From Prasinococcaceae sp. CCMP 1430 (Eukaryota; Plantae; Prasinodermophyta): 64,000 nt of DNA. A model generated the notes under the pieces. It did no database searches and had not been told where the DNA came from. It saw nothing but the letters and a program-made list of their open reading frames with translations. Each line of letters begins with the position of its first letter. Position 1 is the stretch's first letter. Position numbers and translations under genes: made by a program. Location of the stretch: assembly GCA_013416795.1 (NCBI GenBank), contig RQSC01001240.1:7356-71355 (forward strand), given 5' to 3'. Positions 34,091 to 44,785 of this stretch are shown here, piece by piece.

Positions 34091-34544
34091 AAGTTACGAC
34101 TCGCAGGCAATGAGTGGCGCGCGACGACTCCGAGCGACGCGACGGAGGGACGGAACGACGCCGCCAAAAACGGGTGCCACTTTTGGCACTCCCGCGGGGC
34201 TGCAACGTGCGGGTGCGGGCCGTCGGACCCACGCGCACACCCGACGGGGCGTGGCTTCGTGTCTCGCGCTTAGGCTGGCACACTTTATGCCCAACGTCGC
34301 CTGCTTCTCGCCCGCACACGAAGCAACTGCACTCTCCCGCACAAGAAGAACGTAGGTCAAAACGAAGAGGAAAATCCACATCCATTCAATCTGACGTATG
34401 AATGATTCAAGCCGAGCCCGAGCCGTCACCTCGTTTATTTGGTTCTGAGGGCTCGGTGTCGTGTTGCCACCAATGTGAATTAGGCTGATTTTGATGCGCG
34501 TGGTCTGTTTGGGCGCGCCATACTCAGTCTGCAGGCTCGATTCC

Positions 34545-36489
34545 ATGGCGAGGCAGCAAAAAGAGGTGACAGCGGCCTCTTCCGCGCGGGCGGGGGATGC
34601 GGATTCCGCGCGGGTGATCAGCGAGCGCAGGCGCGCGCACGTGCGGAGCGGCTGCGGTTGGCGCACAGGCGGGGAAGGCGGGACGGTGCTGGCGCCGCGC
34701 GGCGTGCACGGCGCAAGCGCAGGGCGGGGAGGCAAAGGGGGTACCACTTGCCGCCGCCGCGGCAGCGGTGGCGTGCCTGCACGGCCAGGCGCGAAGAGCT
34801 GGAGAGTGAGCTCGCGAGATCGCTCGCTCGCTCGCTCGCTCGCTCGCTCGCTCGCGTGCTCGGTGCCAGTGGCTCATCAGCTGGCCGCAGGGCAGGCGGG
34901 GACGACGGAAGGTTCAGTCTGTGCGCGGTGGGGGAGCCGGCCACCTCGGGCTGTGACGCAATGCGCGCGAGCGCTGCCAGAACGGCGCGAGCGGCGCGGC
35001 GAGCGGCGCGGCCGCCCGCGCAGATGCTCTCCGCCGTCGCGACGGCACTCGCGGCATTCGTGGTGGCGGGAGCGATGGCGCGCACAGCGGACGGCATCGA
35101 CTCTGGCAGCGGTGCGGGAGATCAACCAGTCGGCGGGCGACTCGACGCGGCGGCGGTGACCGGCGGTGAGGCAGGACTTTCTCGCCTCGGGCCAAACACA
35201 ACGACGTCGGCGCGACCAGTGCTGCAGGGGCTGCAGAGCAGGGCTGCATCGAGGAGGAACCAGCGAGAGCCGCAGCCAGACAGTGGCCCTCCGGGCGTCG
35301 CAGTGGTCTGCATGCTCCCGGTTCAACACGACGACGCCAGGCTGGGCGCTTGGTTCGCCGCCAACCATCGCTGTGGGCGAGTGATTGTCATCATCGCCGA
35401 CCCGAACACACCGGAAGGGGAACTGACGACCGGCGCGCAGGGTGACCGATGCGGCGCGGCCGATCGCGCAGCCGAGCGCAGGCAGGCAATAGGAAGCGCT
35501 CAGCGGCAGCACCGGATGCAGTGCGCCACGGTGAATGTCGTCCTGCCTTCAGGGCGCGGCGAGTCATCGGACAACCTATGGGAAAAGCTCATGGCGTCGT
35601 GGTTGTGGATGGCACGCGCGCACGCGTCGGGGCACCGCATGCTGCGCGGCGCAAGGTGGGTGCTCAAGCTCGACATCGACGGCATCTTCCTTCCCGCCAA
35701 CTTCGAGAGACTCACGCGAGAGCAGGGCTGGGACGCCAACGCCACGACTCACCCGTGGTACCTCGGGCACACCAACACGTGGCGACTGAAGGGAGGGACC
35801 GGGCCGCCCTTCAACACGGGGCAGTATGCGCTCAGCGTGGGCGCCATGCGCGCGGTGGCGCCTCGCCTACGCGAGGCCATCGCCGCCACGGACGATCAGT
35901 CGGTGCTCGACGACCCCGCATTTCTCGCGTACAAGCAGTCTGCGGGAGTGCCTCGCATGGGGACAGAGGACTACTGCGCGAACGCGTGGGGTACGCACGC
36001 CGACGACTTGAATATCGCAGTGTGCCTCGCCCTCGTGGGCGTCAAGGCCACGCCCGCCGTTGACGCTATGGGGCGCGAATACTTCCTGCCGTTTGACCCG
36101 CGCGCGCACCGCTGGCTCGAGTACGCCGAGCGCGACACCGCAAAGCCTTGGAGGACGTGGTTCTGGGACGGGAAGACTCGGGAGCAGTCGCTTGAGAACT
36201 GCTGCGCGCCGCGGATCGCCGCCATCCACGGCTTCGCTCGGGAGCGCACGCTGCTCGAATGGGGCTGGGTGATCGATGTGCGTGCGCGGTCATGCGCGCG
36301 GCGCGCGCACTGCTGCTGCACCCACGAAGTGCGCGCGCGAGAGAGAGCGCGTGCTGACGCGCGGCATGCATGTACTGCCACCGACGACAGCTGGTACAGG
36401 TGGACAATTGGGCGACTCCGAGGGGGGGGCAAGGGAAGAGAATCACGCGACGGCTGCTGCGCGCGCCGCCGGGCAGGAGCGGGCGGTAG
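34545..36489 (+). CDS. GT31 beta-1,3-galactosyltransferase (C1GALT1/Fringe-like), type II membrane protein; introns 34806-35023 and ~36279-36399
   Basis: TM MLSAVATALAAFVVAGAM; NLWEKLMASW; WVLKLDIDGIFLPANF (DxD); WYLGH; DDLNIAVCL..VGV...D..GRE.F.PF; CC....A.H. The unspliced ORF would end at 36523. Confidence 0.85.
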
Positions 36490-37004
36490 TAGGCGCTGGC
36501 GCGCAGCCGATACGCATGTCTAGACTACCGGATAGTACGTAAAGTATAAACCCTCTTTTGGTGTAACCCTTTCAGTCCATGGATCGCATTGGCGGTGCGA
36601 GAGAAAAGGAAGTTTCGAAGTGCACACAGAAACCTCAGCCGCAGCTGTCGCATCGGCGCGGCGTCGCGGCGGCGCTGACAGCGCGCGGCGGCGCGGCGCG
36701 CGCCAAGGGCGGCGGAGCGCTGAGCGCCCGTTGGGTGCGGATGGGACCGCGGGCGGGAACGTGGCGGCAGGGACTGTGGCGGCGCGCGAGTGCTTTGCCC
36801 GTCTTCAGGCGCTGCATTGCGGCATCCCTGTCCGAGCGAGCGACGGAGCGAGCGCGCAAGGGGCGTGGGGAAAGGGTGGGCCCCAGCGAGCGCTTGGCGG
36901 GGCGGGCGCGGCGTGTACGGCGCCGCGGGGGGATCTGGCTGCGCGCGGCGGCCTGCGGCGGGTGCGCGGGGCTGGCCTCAGTGCGCGAAAGGGGCAGCAA
37001 GGCG

Positions 37005-38619
37005 ATGGCGGCGCGCGCGCGCGCTCTGTCCCTGCTCGCCACGGCGTTCGCGGTCGCCGTCGCGGCGGCGCGTGGGGTGTTCGCCGCCACCGCCAGCGAC
37101 GGCGGCACCGGCACCGGCGGCGTCCCGCGCCAGCACATCTTCGAGGCGCCCTCCGCTCCCGACGGAAGCGATGCGCTTGCCGCGGCAGGCGCGGCTGCAC
37201 TCTCTGTGCTCGAGCGCAAGGGACCCACTGCGTGCTGGCGGCACGCGCGCGAGCGCGTGCTCGCCTCATGCCGCGAGATCGAGGCCGACGACTCGTTGCA
37301 GCGGCTCCTTGCGGTGCAGCTGACCAATTGCCACCTGGCGGAAAGCGGTCTTCCTACACACGCCTGCGAGGAAGGCGACTCCGTGCTGGCCTGCACGCGC
37401 GCGATGAAGGCCAGCAACGATTTCGACGTTTACACGCAGTTCTTCAATATGGCGACGGCGCTCTGCTACTATCTGCAGGGTGTGTGCTCGCGCGTGCCTG
37501 CAACGCTCCCTCTCAGCCCGCGCGCGTGCGACTCGCCGTGCGCAAGGCAGTACCATCAGACGAACAAACTTGTGTGCTTCGTGTATGTACGCAGTGCGCC
37601 TCTGCTGACGACCGTGAGAGCCACACGCGCCCTTAGGTGCGCTCTTCCGTGAGGCCAGCGAAGCGGCCGTGAACCAGCTGCTAGGCGCGGCCAACTCAGC
37701 TGGGCGTGTGCTCGAGGGTGTCAAGTCGGTCTCCGACCGCGCGCTTGCATACCAACAAGCCCTCGCTGGAATGGCAGATGATGTGGCCGGTGCGCAGGCG
37801 TCGCTGGTGTACGGCGCCGCCGCAGCGCTCGCCTTGGTGGCGACACAGCCGCGCTCGGCGGCTGGTGCGCGGGCACCGCTGCTTGCGACACTCCTCGCGG
37901 CCAGCGCTGTCGAAAAGCTGGTCTTCTCAGGGTTCCTGCGAAGCTACGTGTCGATAGATGCGCTGCGTGCGTGCGTGTCGGCACTGCGAGGTGCGTGGGC
38001 CGTCCTCGCCGCTGCCGTCTGGATGTACGTGATCTGGCATTTCCGCGACCCCGCAAATGAGCTTCATCTTGCAAGGCTTGCATTCGAGCGGGCGCTCGCA
38101 GATGCGCACGCGCTCAGCGGTGTGAGCCCTGTCCGCGCATGTGGTGATGAGGAGGGTTACCGAGGCCGCACAGCCGGAGGCGCGACTACGCGAAAGGGAC
38201 AAGGTGCGATGGGTGACGACCCGACACTTCAGAGGCTACTTGAGCAGAATGAAGACGAATGGTGTTGGCCTGACGATGAAGGTGCCGATGATCCTGACTA
38301 CAGCCTCACAGACAGCGAGGCTGGATGCTCGCAGTGCGTGCGCACACGCGCCTACGCGCTGCGCCCCACGCGCGCCCGCGCGAAACGCCGAGCATCGGGA
38401 TCAGCATTCGACGCTCAGGGTAGGGGCGCGAGAGAGGCACTAGAGGAGCTCGTTGGCACACTCTGCTGCGACTCAACGCCCGCGGAAGATACAGTGGACG
38501 AGACAGACACGGTAAGCAACGGGCACACACCCAATGAGCTCTCCGATGACGCTGTATCGCAGCCCGTGTCGGGAAGTGAGCGGTCATTGGAGTGGTTGAG
38601 AGGGTCCCCTCGGTGGTGA
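37005..38619 (+). CDS. GEX1: GEX1/KAR5/Brambleberry nuclear-fusion protein; intron ~37480-37636; 3' end uncertain
   Basis: Signal peptide, then the Cys-rich domain CWRHA...SC...QRLLAVQLTNCHLAESG...C...CT..M....YTQFF....LCYYLQ. Next ALFREASEAAVNQL, three hydrophobic segments, and FRDPANELHL. Confidence 0.85.
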
Positions 38620-39048
38620 CACGATGGAGGCGAGGCGTGTCCGAACCTCGCCATGCCGTCGACAGTGACAAGCAAGGCGAGGACCCCAACTGCGCCGAGC
38701 TTGCCGTGAAGGCCTGCCAAGCTCTTCCGCGACTAGAAGATAGCCCGCTTCACAAGACGACGTTTCAGGGAGATCGTAAGATCGATGCAGCACCGTGGCC
38801 GAGCTCAAAGCCTTTGGTCTTGTCGTAGGCGCGTCGGGTGAAGCCAACGTGCCAGCCTTGCGCGCCTTCAAGGGCACGGTAGAAGTTGGCACACTGTCTA
38901 GGCTCCCACGCACGCGCGTCGGCATGCAAACTTGCGCGCGCGCATTTGTGTGCCTTTGCTTTCGCGTACGAAGCAGTTGTTCACCCTGTTCAGTAAGTAG
39001 TTCTTCTTCGAAGGGTGCGATAACAGTGCGATTAAAATCTTCGTATTT

Positions 39049-40900
39049 TTATAGTCCACAATTCCATATCAATTTGCACTCAACGCGCTTTGCTCGGGTT
39101 GCGCCCGACCTGGCACGCCGCTCCGCAGGCGGATGTGCGCGCGGGTCCGCATGCCAAGCAGGTCCGGCTCCGGCGCCTCCGGCGCCTCTTGCGCCTCGGG
39201 GACGCCCGGCCGGTCGGGCACCCGCACGCCCGGCCGCTCCGGCCGCTCCGGAGATGCCTGCTGCAGAGTGGCACGAGGGAGCGTGTGGGGCGTCCGGAGA
39301 GACGAGCGTCGACTGAAGCCCGAAGCGACGACACCAGGCCATGCAGTAGCCGCGCTCTGTGGTGCGAGGCATGAGCAGGTCTTGTGGGGAGCCGAAGCGG
39401 TCTCTGTAGATGGGGTGCGCGAACGTGCGATGCATCTCGTTGTCCTTGTGCAAGACGGAGTCGAGGCGAACGCGGTCCTCCGTTGTAACGGTTGAGAGGG
39501 TGAGGAGCTCGTTCTTGATGAGTCCGTCGACGGCCTTCTGCAGGGTGTCCACACGCTGGCGTTCGACACCCTGGGCCGTGCGCACAGGTCCACCAAGGGG
39601 GACATCCGTCACCTCTTCACCAACCGGGTCAAGCAGGCGGACCCAAGCCGCTGGCCGACGGGCAAGGTCTTTCGGGTCCTTGCCGACGGCCTGCACAGTT
39701 CATCGTCGGCATGCGTTCTCCGCGCGTGCGGCGTGCACACACACGACCGCCCCAGGCGCCGCTCTCGCGGCAGCGCTGCGGGCGGATAGCTAGCTTTCAC
39801 TCATGCCCTTACTTCTTAGACACACGCGCGCTACGCAACCTCGCGCTTGCGTCTTCTCGTACTGTAATCGCAACCTTTGCAGCAGCAGGGTGTTCTGGCA
39901 GACGGCAGCCGGGATTGACATGGAAGCTGGGTCGGCATTGGCGGGAAACGGTGGAGCCAAGGTCTCGTTGTCGGTGTTGATCATGGTGTGCAGGGCCTCG
40001 TACAGGGCAGCGCCCGCGGTGTCGGGGTGGGTGAAGTACTGCCAAGCGAGGGGGTGGCGTGTGGCGAAGGGAAGGACGGAAGTCCTCGCACCAACCCACG
40101 CCGGCAGGCGAACGGTGGAAGGGGCGCGCATACCGAACCCACCCTGGGAGATGGGAAGCCCGATGTGCTTCGGGAAGATCTTCGCCAGCGACCCAGTGCG
40201 GGTCGGAGTGTCGTCTGGCGGGACCTTGCCGAGTGCGCAATCCACCGTGGCCTGGAGCAGGGCGTGGTGACGCTTCACGAGGAAGTGTGTTGGCTCAGCG
40301 TACCTGTCCTGTTCGCCCTTGCCGCCCGGGAAGAGGCCGCGCAGGAGGTAGTCGCTGATGGGGTGGACACACGTGCGGAGTACCTTGAGCGCTGCGCTGT
40401 GGTGCCCCCACGCGGAGAACTGGTTGCAGGCGGTGAGCTTGCGATAGTACACCGCGTCCTTCTTCTCGAGAGCCCCTGCCACGAAGTCCTTGGTGCCGAG
40501 CGGGAAGCCCACGACGACGACGCCTTCAACCGCCCCTGGCGCGCAGCCAGCGGTGGAGGTGCGGGGGTCGGGGGGAAGGGAGTCGAGGTAGGCGACCACC
40601 GCCTTGCCGTCGCCCACGGTGAGCAGAGCCGCATCGAGGACGCAGTTGACGTCGGCGATCTTGTTGAAGAGGTCGTGGCCGAGCGCCTCCTTGCGAGCAG
40701 CGGTGAGCCTGTCAGGGTGGACGTGCATGCGCAGCTTGCGCTGCTGGGACTTGGCGAGCGCGACCACTTTGGCGGCGCGTCCACTCGCCCCGTTGACAGA
40801 CGCGATGCCGGCGCGAAGGCCCCTCGGAGCGATGTGTAAGCAGCGAAGAGCCGACGGCACGTCCTTGCAGCGCTGCTGCTCGAAGCGTTGCTGACTGCCT
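39049..40900 (-). mobile_element. Retrotransposon ORF segment (J-domain, RT thumb, linker), interrupted by an antisense copy at 39549-39884
   Basis: EGVVVVGFPLGTKDFV, ALKVLRTCVHPISDYLLR and LPISQGGFGMR are typical post-RT motifs of CRE-like elements. Removing the insert and one TSD copy (345 bp) restores the frame: VCQNTLQKAVDGLIKNELL...EDRVRLDS. Confidence 0.85.
39549..39885 (+). mobile_element. 5'-truncated copy (end of RLE + 3' UTR) flanked by 9-bp TSD GCAGGGTGT
   Basis: TSD at 39540-39548 and 39885-39893. The insert is nearly identical to 42172-42480. Confidence 0.9.
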
Positions 40901-40959
40901 TGCGAGCCAGGGGCTTTGCCGCGAGGCCCGAGGGCCCGCTCCCCCGAGGGGGCGGGTCG

Positions 40960-41203
40960 CGTCTCCCACGGCCCCCCAGGCTCGTGCCGCTGCCCGGTCT
41001 GCCGCGAGACCAAGGCATCTGCCAAGGAGCTCCGGGACCACTGGACCGCCAAGTGCGAGCCGGTCGGCGCCCCGCCCGCAGGCTGGAAGAAGGGCGACCC
41101 GGTACCCACACGCCTCCTGCCAGACTTGGCCACGGCCTGGCGCGACCATCCGGTCTGCCGGCTCACCCAGGCTGAGAAGGAGTCTATGGGCGCTCACCAC
41201 CAG
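40960..41203 (+). CDS. C2HC zinc-finger segment, probably the inverted N-terminal part of the same element
   Basis: CPVC-x12-HWTAKC at 40991-41056. N-terminal zinc fingers are typical of RLE elements, but assignment to this element is inference. Confidence 0.5.
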
Positions 41204-41916
41204 TGCTGCAAAGGGTGCGATTACAGTACGAGAAGACGCAAGCGCGAGGTTGCGTAGCGCGCGTGTGTCTAAGAAGTAAGGGCAGGAGTGAAAGCTAGCT
41301 ATCCGCCCGCAGCGCTGCCGCGAGAGCGGCGCCTGGGGCGGTCGTGTGTGTGCACGCCGCACGCGCGGAGAACGCATGCCGACGATGAACTGTGCAGGCC
41401 GTCGGCAAGGACCCGAAAGACCTTGCCCGTCGGCCAGCGGCTTGGGTCCGCCTGCGTGACCCGGTTGGTGAAGAGGTGGCGGATGTCCCCCCTGGTGGAC
41501 CTGTGTGCACGGCCCAGGGTGTCGAACGCTAGCGTGTGGAACTGGATGCGGTGGTGCTCGCAGATCTTCGCGTAGCGCTGGACGTGGACCTTGTAGAGGT
41601 GCTCCAGGCCTGCCGCCGTGGACGGGTTCGCGCCTGCCATGTTGACCTTGGCTGACGGATCCGTGAAGGTGACGTCGAGGCAGTGTCTGTAGCCTGTGTC
41701 GGTGTCGGTGATGACTAGGTCCGAGCGCAGGTCAGTGGGCTGGCCATTTTCGTCAGTACCGAACGAGTACTCGAACGAGTTGGTGGAGCTGGGGCCGTTG
41801 GTGTGCACGTGGTAGCCGGTGCGGCGAGCGACCTTCGCGAAGTTGCGCACGAGGCGGTTGTGGCGGTAGGTGCGCTCCCCTGCTGTCGACAAGCAGACCG
41901 TGGCGTGGGCGCCGTT
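41204..41916 (-). mobile_element. 5'-truncated copy encoding the complete restriction-like endonuclease domain plus 3' UTR
   Basis: HATVC...RTYRHNRL (end of CCHC, RHN), LRSDLVI (RxD), LDVTFT (D), YKVHVQRY (K), LAFDTLG; stop TAG, then ~100-nt 3' UTR. Confidence 0.9.
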
Positions 41917-43015
41917 TCGTACTGTAATCGCACCCTTTGCAGCTTGCGTCTTCTCGTACTGTAATCGCACCCTTTGCAGCTGCTGCAAAGGGTGCGATTA
42001 CACTCATGCCCTTACTTCTTAGACACACGCGCGCTACGCAACCTCGCGCTTGCGTCTTCTCGTATTGTAACATGGCAGGCGCGAACCCGTCCACGGCGGC
42101 AGGCCTGGAGCACCTCTACAAGGTCCACGTCCAGCGCTACGCGAAGATCTGCGAGCACCACCGCATCCAGTTCCACACGCTAGCGTTCGACACCCTGGGC
42201 CGTGCACACAGGTCCACCAGGGGGGACATCCGCCACCTCTTCACCAACCGGGTCACGCAGGCGGACCCAAGCCGCTGGCCGACGGGCAAGGTCTTTCGGG
42301 TCCTTGCCGACGGCCTGCACAGTTCATCGTCGGCATGCGTTCTCCGCGCGTGCGGCGTGCACACACACGACCGCCCCAGGCGCCGCTCTCGCGGCAGCGC
42401 TGCGGGCGGATAGCTAGCTTTCACTCATGCCCTTACTTCTTAGACACACGCGCGCTACGCAACCTCGCGCTTGCGTCTTCTCGTAACCGCGCGTGCGGCG
42501 TGCACACACACGATCGCCCCAGGCGCCGCTCTCGCGGCAGCGCTGCGGGCGGATAGCTAGCTTTCACTCCTGCCCTTACTTCTTAGACACACGCGCGCTA
42601 CGCAACCTCGCGCTTGCGTCTTCTCGTACTGTAATCGCACCCTTTGCAGCGTATTGTAATCGCACCCTTTGCAGCAGTACGAGAAGACGCAAGCGCGAGG
42701 TTGCGTAGCGCGCGTGTGTCTAAGAAGTAAGGGCATGAGTGAAAGCTAGCTATCCGCCCGCAGCGCTGCCGCGAGAGCGGCGCCTGGGGCGGTCGTGTGT
42801 GTGCACGCCGCACGCGCGGAGAACGCATGCCGGCGTACATGCGACATGCGGCCCTTGGAAGCTCGTGCCAGGGCGCGAAAGGACGCTAGGGGGTCGCACT
42901 GGGAGCACGGAAGATCTACAGCGGCATCCCTTGCGGGATGCGGCGAGTCTTACGGCACGCGGGGGACGCGGTATGTTCAGGGCGTTCGGGGAGCGCCTGC
43001 CAGCAGACTATAGCC

Positions 43016-44785
43016 TCACTGTGCTCTAGCGGAGTACGCCGAGAGGTCGGAAGGGGGCGCCGACCACTTGACTCCTTCGGCGCGTTCCACGATTCGACCG
43101 ACATCGAGCAGCATGGCACCCTGGACCTGACCGAATGGAACCCCGGGTGTTTTGACCACGCTGCACTTGACCTTCACAATCACGCCAAAAGGTCCACTTA
43201 GGTCGGTCGCAGCGCACCAGGGCATCTCGCTCACGCTCCATGGGGTTTGGATGACTTCCTTGTGTGCTCGCAGATACGCAAGGATGTCGTCACACAGGCG
43301 CTCGACGTGATCCATCGACTCCACATCGAGGCAGATCTCGTGCTCGAAGAAGCGATTGCGCGCGGCGGTGATGTTCTTGATGCCCCCTGGGTTGTTCAGG
43401 AGTACGTGGTTCGCAATCGTGTGCGGGGTCTTGGACACGCCCGTCCTAGTGAGCAAGGTGGTGCTGGACGCTCCGATGCCGATGACGGTGCCGTGAATGT
43501 CCTTGCCGACGTGGATAGTGTCACCGACCTGGAAGATCGGGCGCGTCAGAAGAGCGATGCCAGCGATGACGTCGGCGACTGCATCTTTCACGCCAAAGGA
43601 CAGCGCCACGCCGCCGATGCCGAGGAGACCCTGTCACATGCCGCGGCGACAAAGGCGGTGCAGGGAGTTTCGCTCCCGTCAGCGCCCTCGCTGCGTTCAT
43701 TGCTGATGTCAAACCCTAACCCTAAACATGCAATTCAATACTGCGAGCATGGACATCTGTCCATCTACGCACGTGCGATGCAAGGAGGCGCCAGGCTCTT
43801 AGACGCACCCAAACAGTGCTGAGGGCAATGCCCATAGAGTTGAGAAAAACAATGGTTCCGACACAGCTCACCACTGCCTGGATGACGTTGCAATTCCTGC
43901 GAAGTAGGCGCCTGCGTCAGGACGCGCGAGGTCGAACGCAACAGCTTGCGGCACCATGATGCTGCTAGCTACCACAGCAAATGCGGAACGCTGGTGCCGA
44001 TCAACTCACGTAGAAATCCGCGGTTCCAACTTGCGCGCTTCACCTCCAACGACGGCACAGGCCGCCAGCAAGCGCCTGCGGACCCTCTTGACGACTCTCC
44101 TGGCAAACCAGGCGCATGCCACGACGTACACCGGCCAGGGAAGCTGGAAGTTGGAGACGAAGCATCCCTTCGTGCCGATGAGCGTCACGTGCAAGGTCTT
44201 CGACATCCCCGTCGCCATGAGCAGGCGCGTGAGCTCGTTGGCCACGACCAGCAGCTGAAGGGGGCCAGAGAGCGCCGCTGCGACGCTTTGGTCGTATGTG
44301 TAGCTCTCGCGAGCTCTCGTTTTGATCTTGTCCGCGAGCCGCCTGTCCGCAGAGCTGAACGCGCGCACGGGGAGGAAGTGGCCGATGAAGTCGGTGTGGA
44401 AGACGCGCTCCTGCATGTGCCAAAAGAGTCGGCAGGCACGCGGGATGGCCAAGAAGATGACAGCGCCAACGAGGGTAGGCACTAGCACCTCAGCGTGGAA
44501 TTTGGCCTCGGTCAGCCCAACGGCGCTGCGAGCATATTCAAGCGCCGCGCCGAGAAAGGTAGGCGGGGCGATCGCCTTTGCTGCCAACAGCGCGGGGCTA
44601 CTCCGACCGCGAGCATCGGTACTAGGCGTGGCATGAGCATCGTCGTCGCTTCCCGGCACACCAGAGGAGGCCTCACAGCGACGCACACCCCTCGCCTTGG
44701 CAAATTTTCGCTTGCCTCTCCGCCGCGGCCTGCGGCTGTTGTGACCCGCCGCTGCCCCTAGCGGTGCCATCGCCGCAGCAGCCAT
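43016..44785 (-). CDS. MscS-like mechanosensitive channel, multi-exon, probable organellar transit peptide
   Basis: GLLGIGGVALSFGVKDAVADVIAGI...PIFQVGDTI...GTVIGIG...TTL...IANH (TM3 and beta domain). Ala/Arg-rich N-terminus from ATG 44785. Internal exons between ~43640 and 44046 are not resolved. Confidence 0.85.

Larger units (their letters stand above)
39011..42832. mobile_element. Nest of RLE-clade (CRE/SLACS-like) non-LTR retrotransposon copies in both orientations
   Basis: About nine copies of the 3' terminus ...CGTACTGTAATCGCACCCTTTGCAGC, at 39011-39032 (diverged, -), 39885 (+), 41204 (-), 41943 (+), 41980 (+), 41981 (-), 42485 (+, clipped), 42650 (+) and 42675 (+). RT-thumb, linker and RLE coding pieces lie between them. 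Confidence 0.9.

Noticed and set aside
38620-38900. Separate gene or SAP-like ORF (TVAELKAFG...) after GEX1
   Set aside because: Short, with no clear start or consistent frame; it may be unresolved GEX1 3' exons or UTR.
40575-40605. VVAYLDS as the RT catalytic YxDD motif
   Set aside because: It has only one Asp, lies ~20 aa from the thumb motif (normally much further), and fits J-domain helix IV (AAYD-like) better.
39011-42832. LTRs, TIRs or CRISPR-like repeats
   Set aside because: The repeats are 5'-truncated 3' ends of variable length attached to RLE coding sequence, with no TG...CA ends, PBS/PPT or spacers.
43711-43726. Interstitial telomere (CCCTAA)2
   Set aside because: Only two units, inside a probable intron; chance or a telo-box-like motif.
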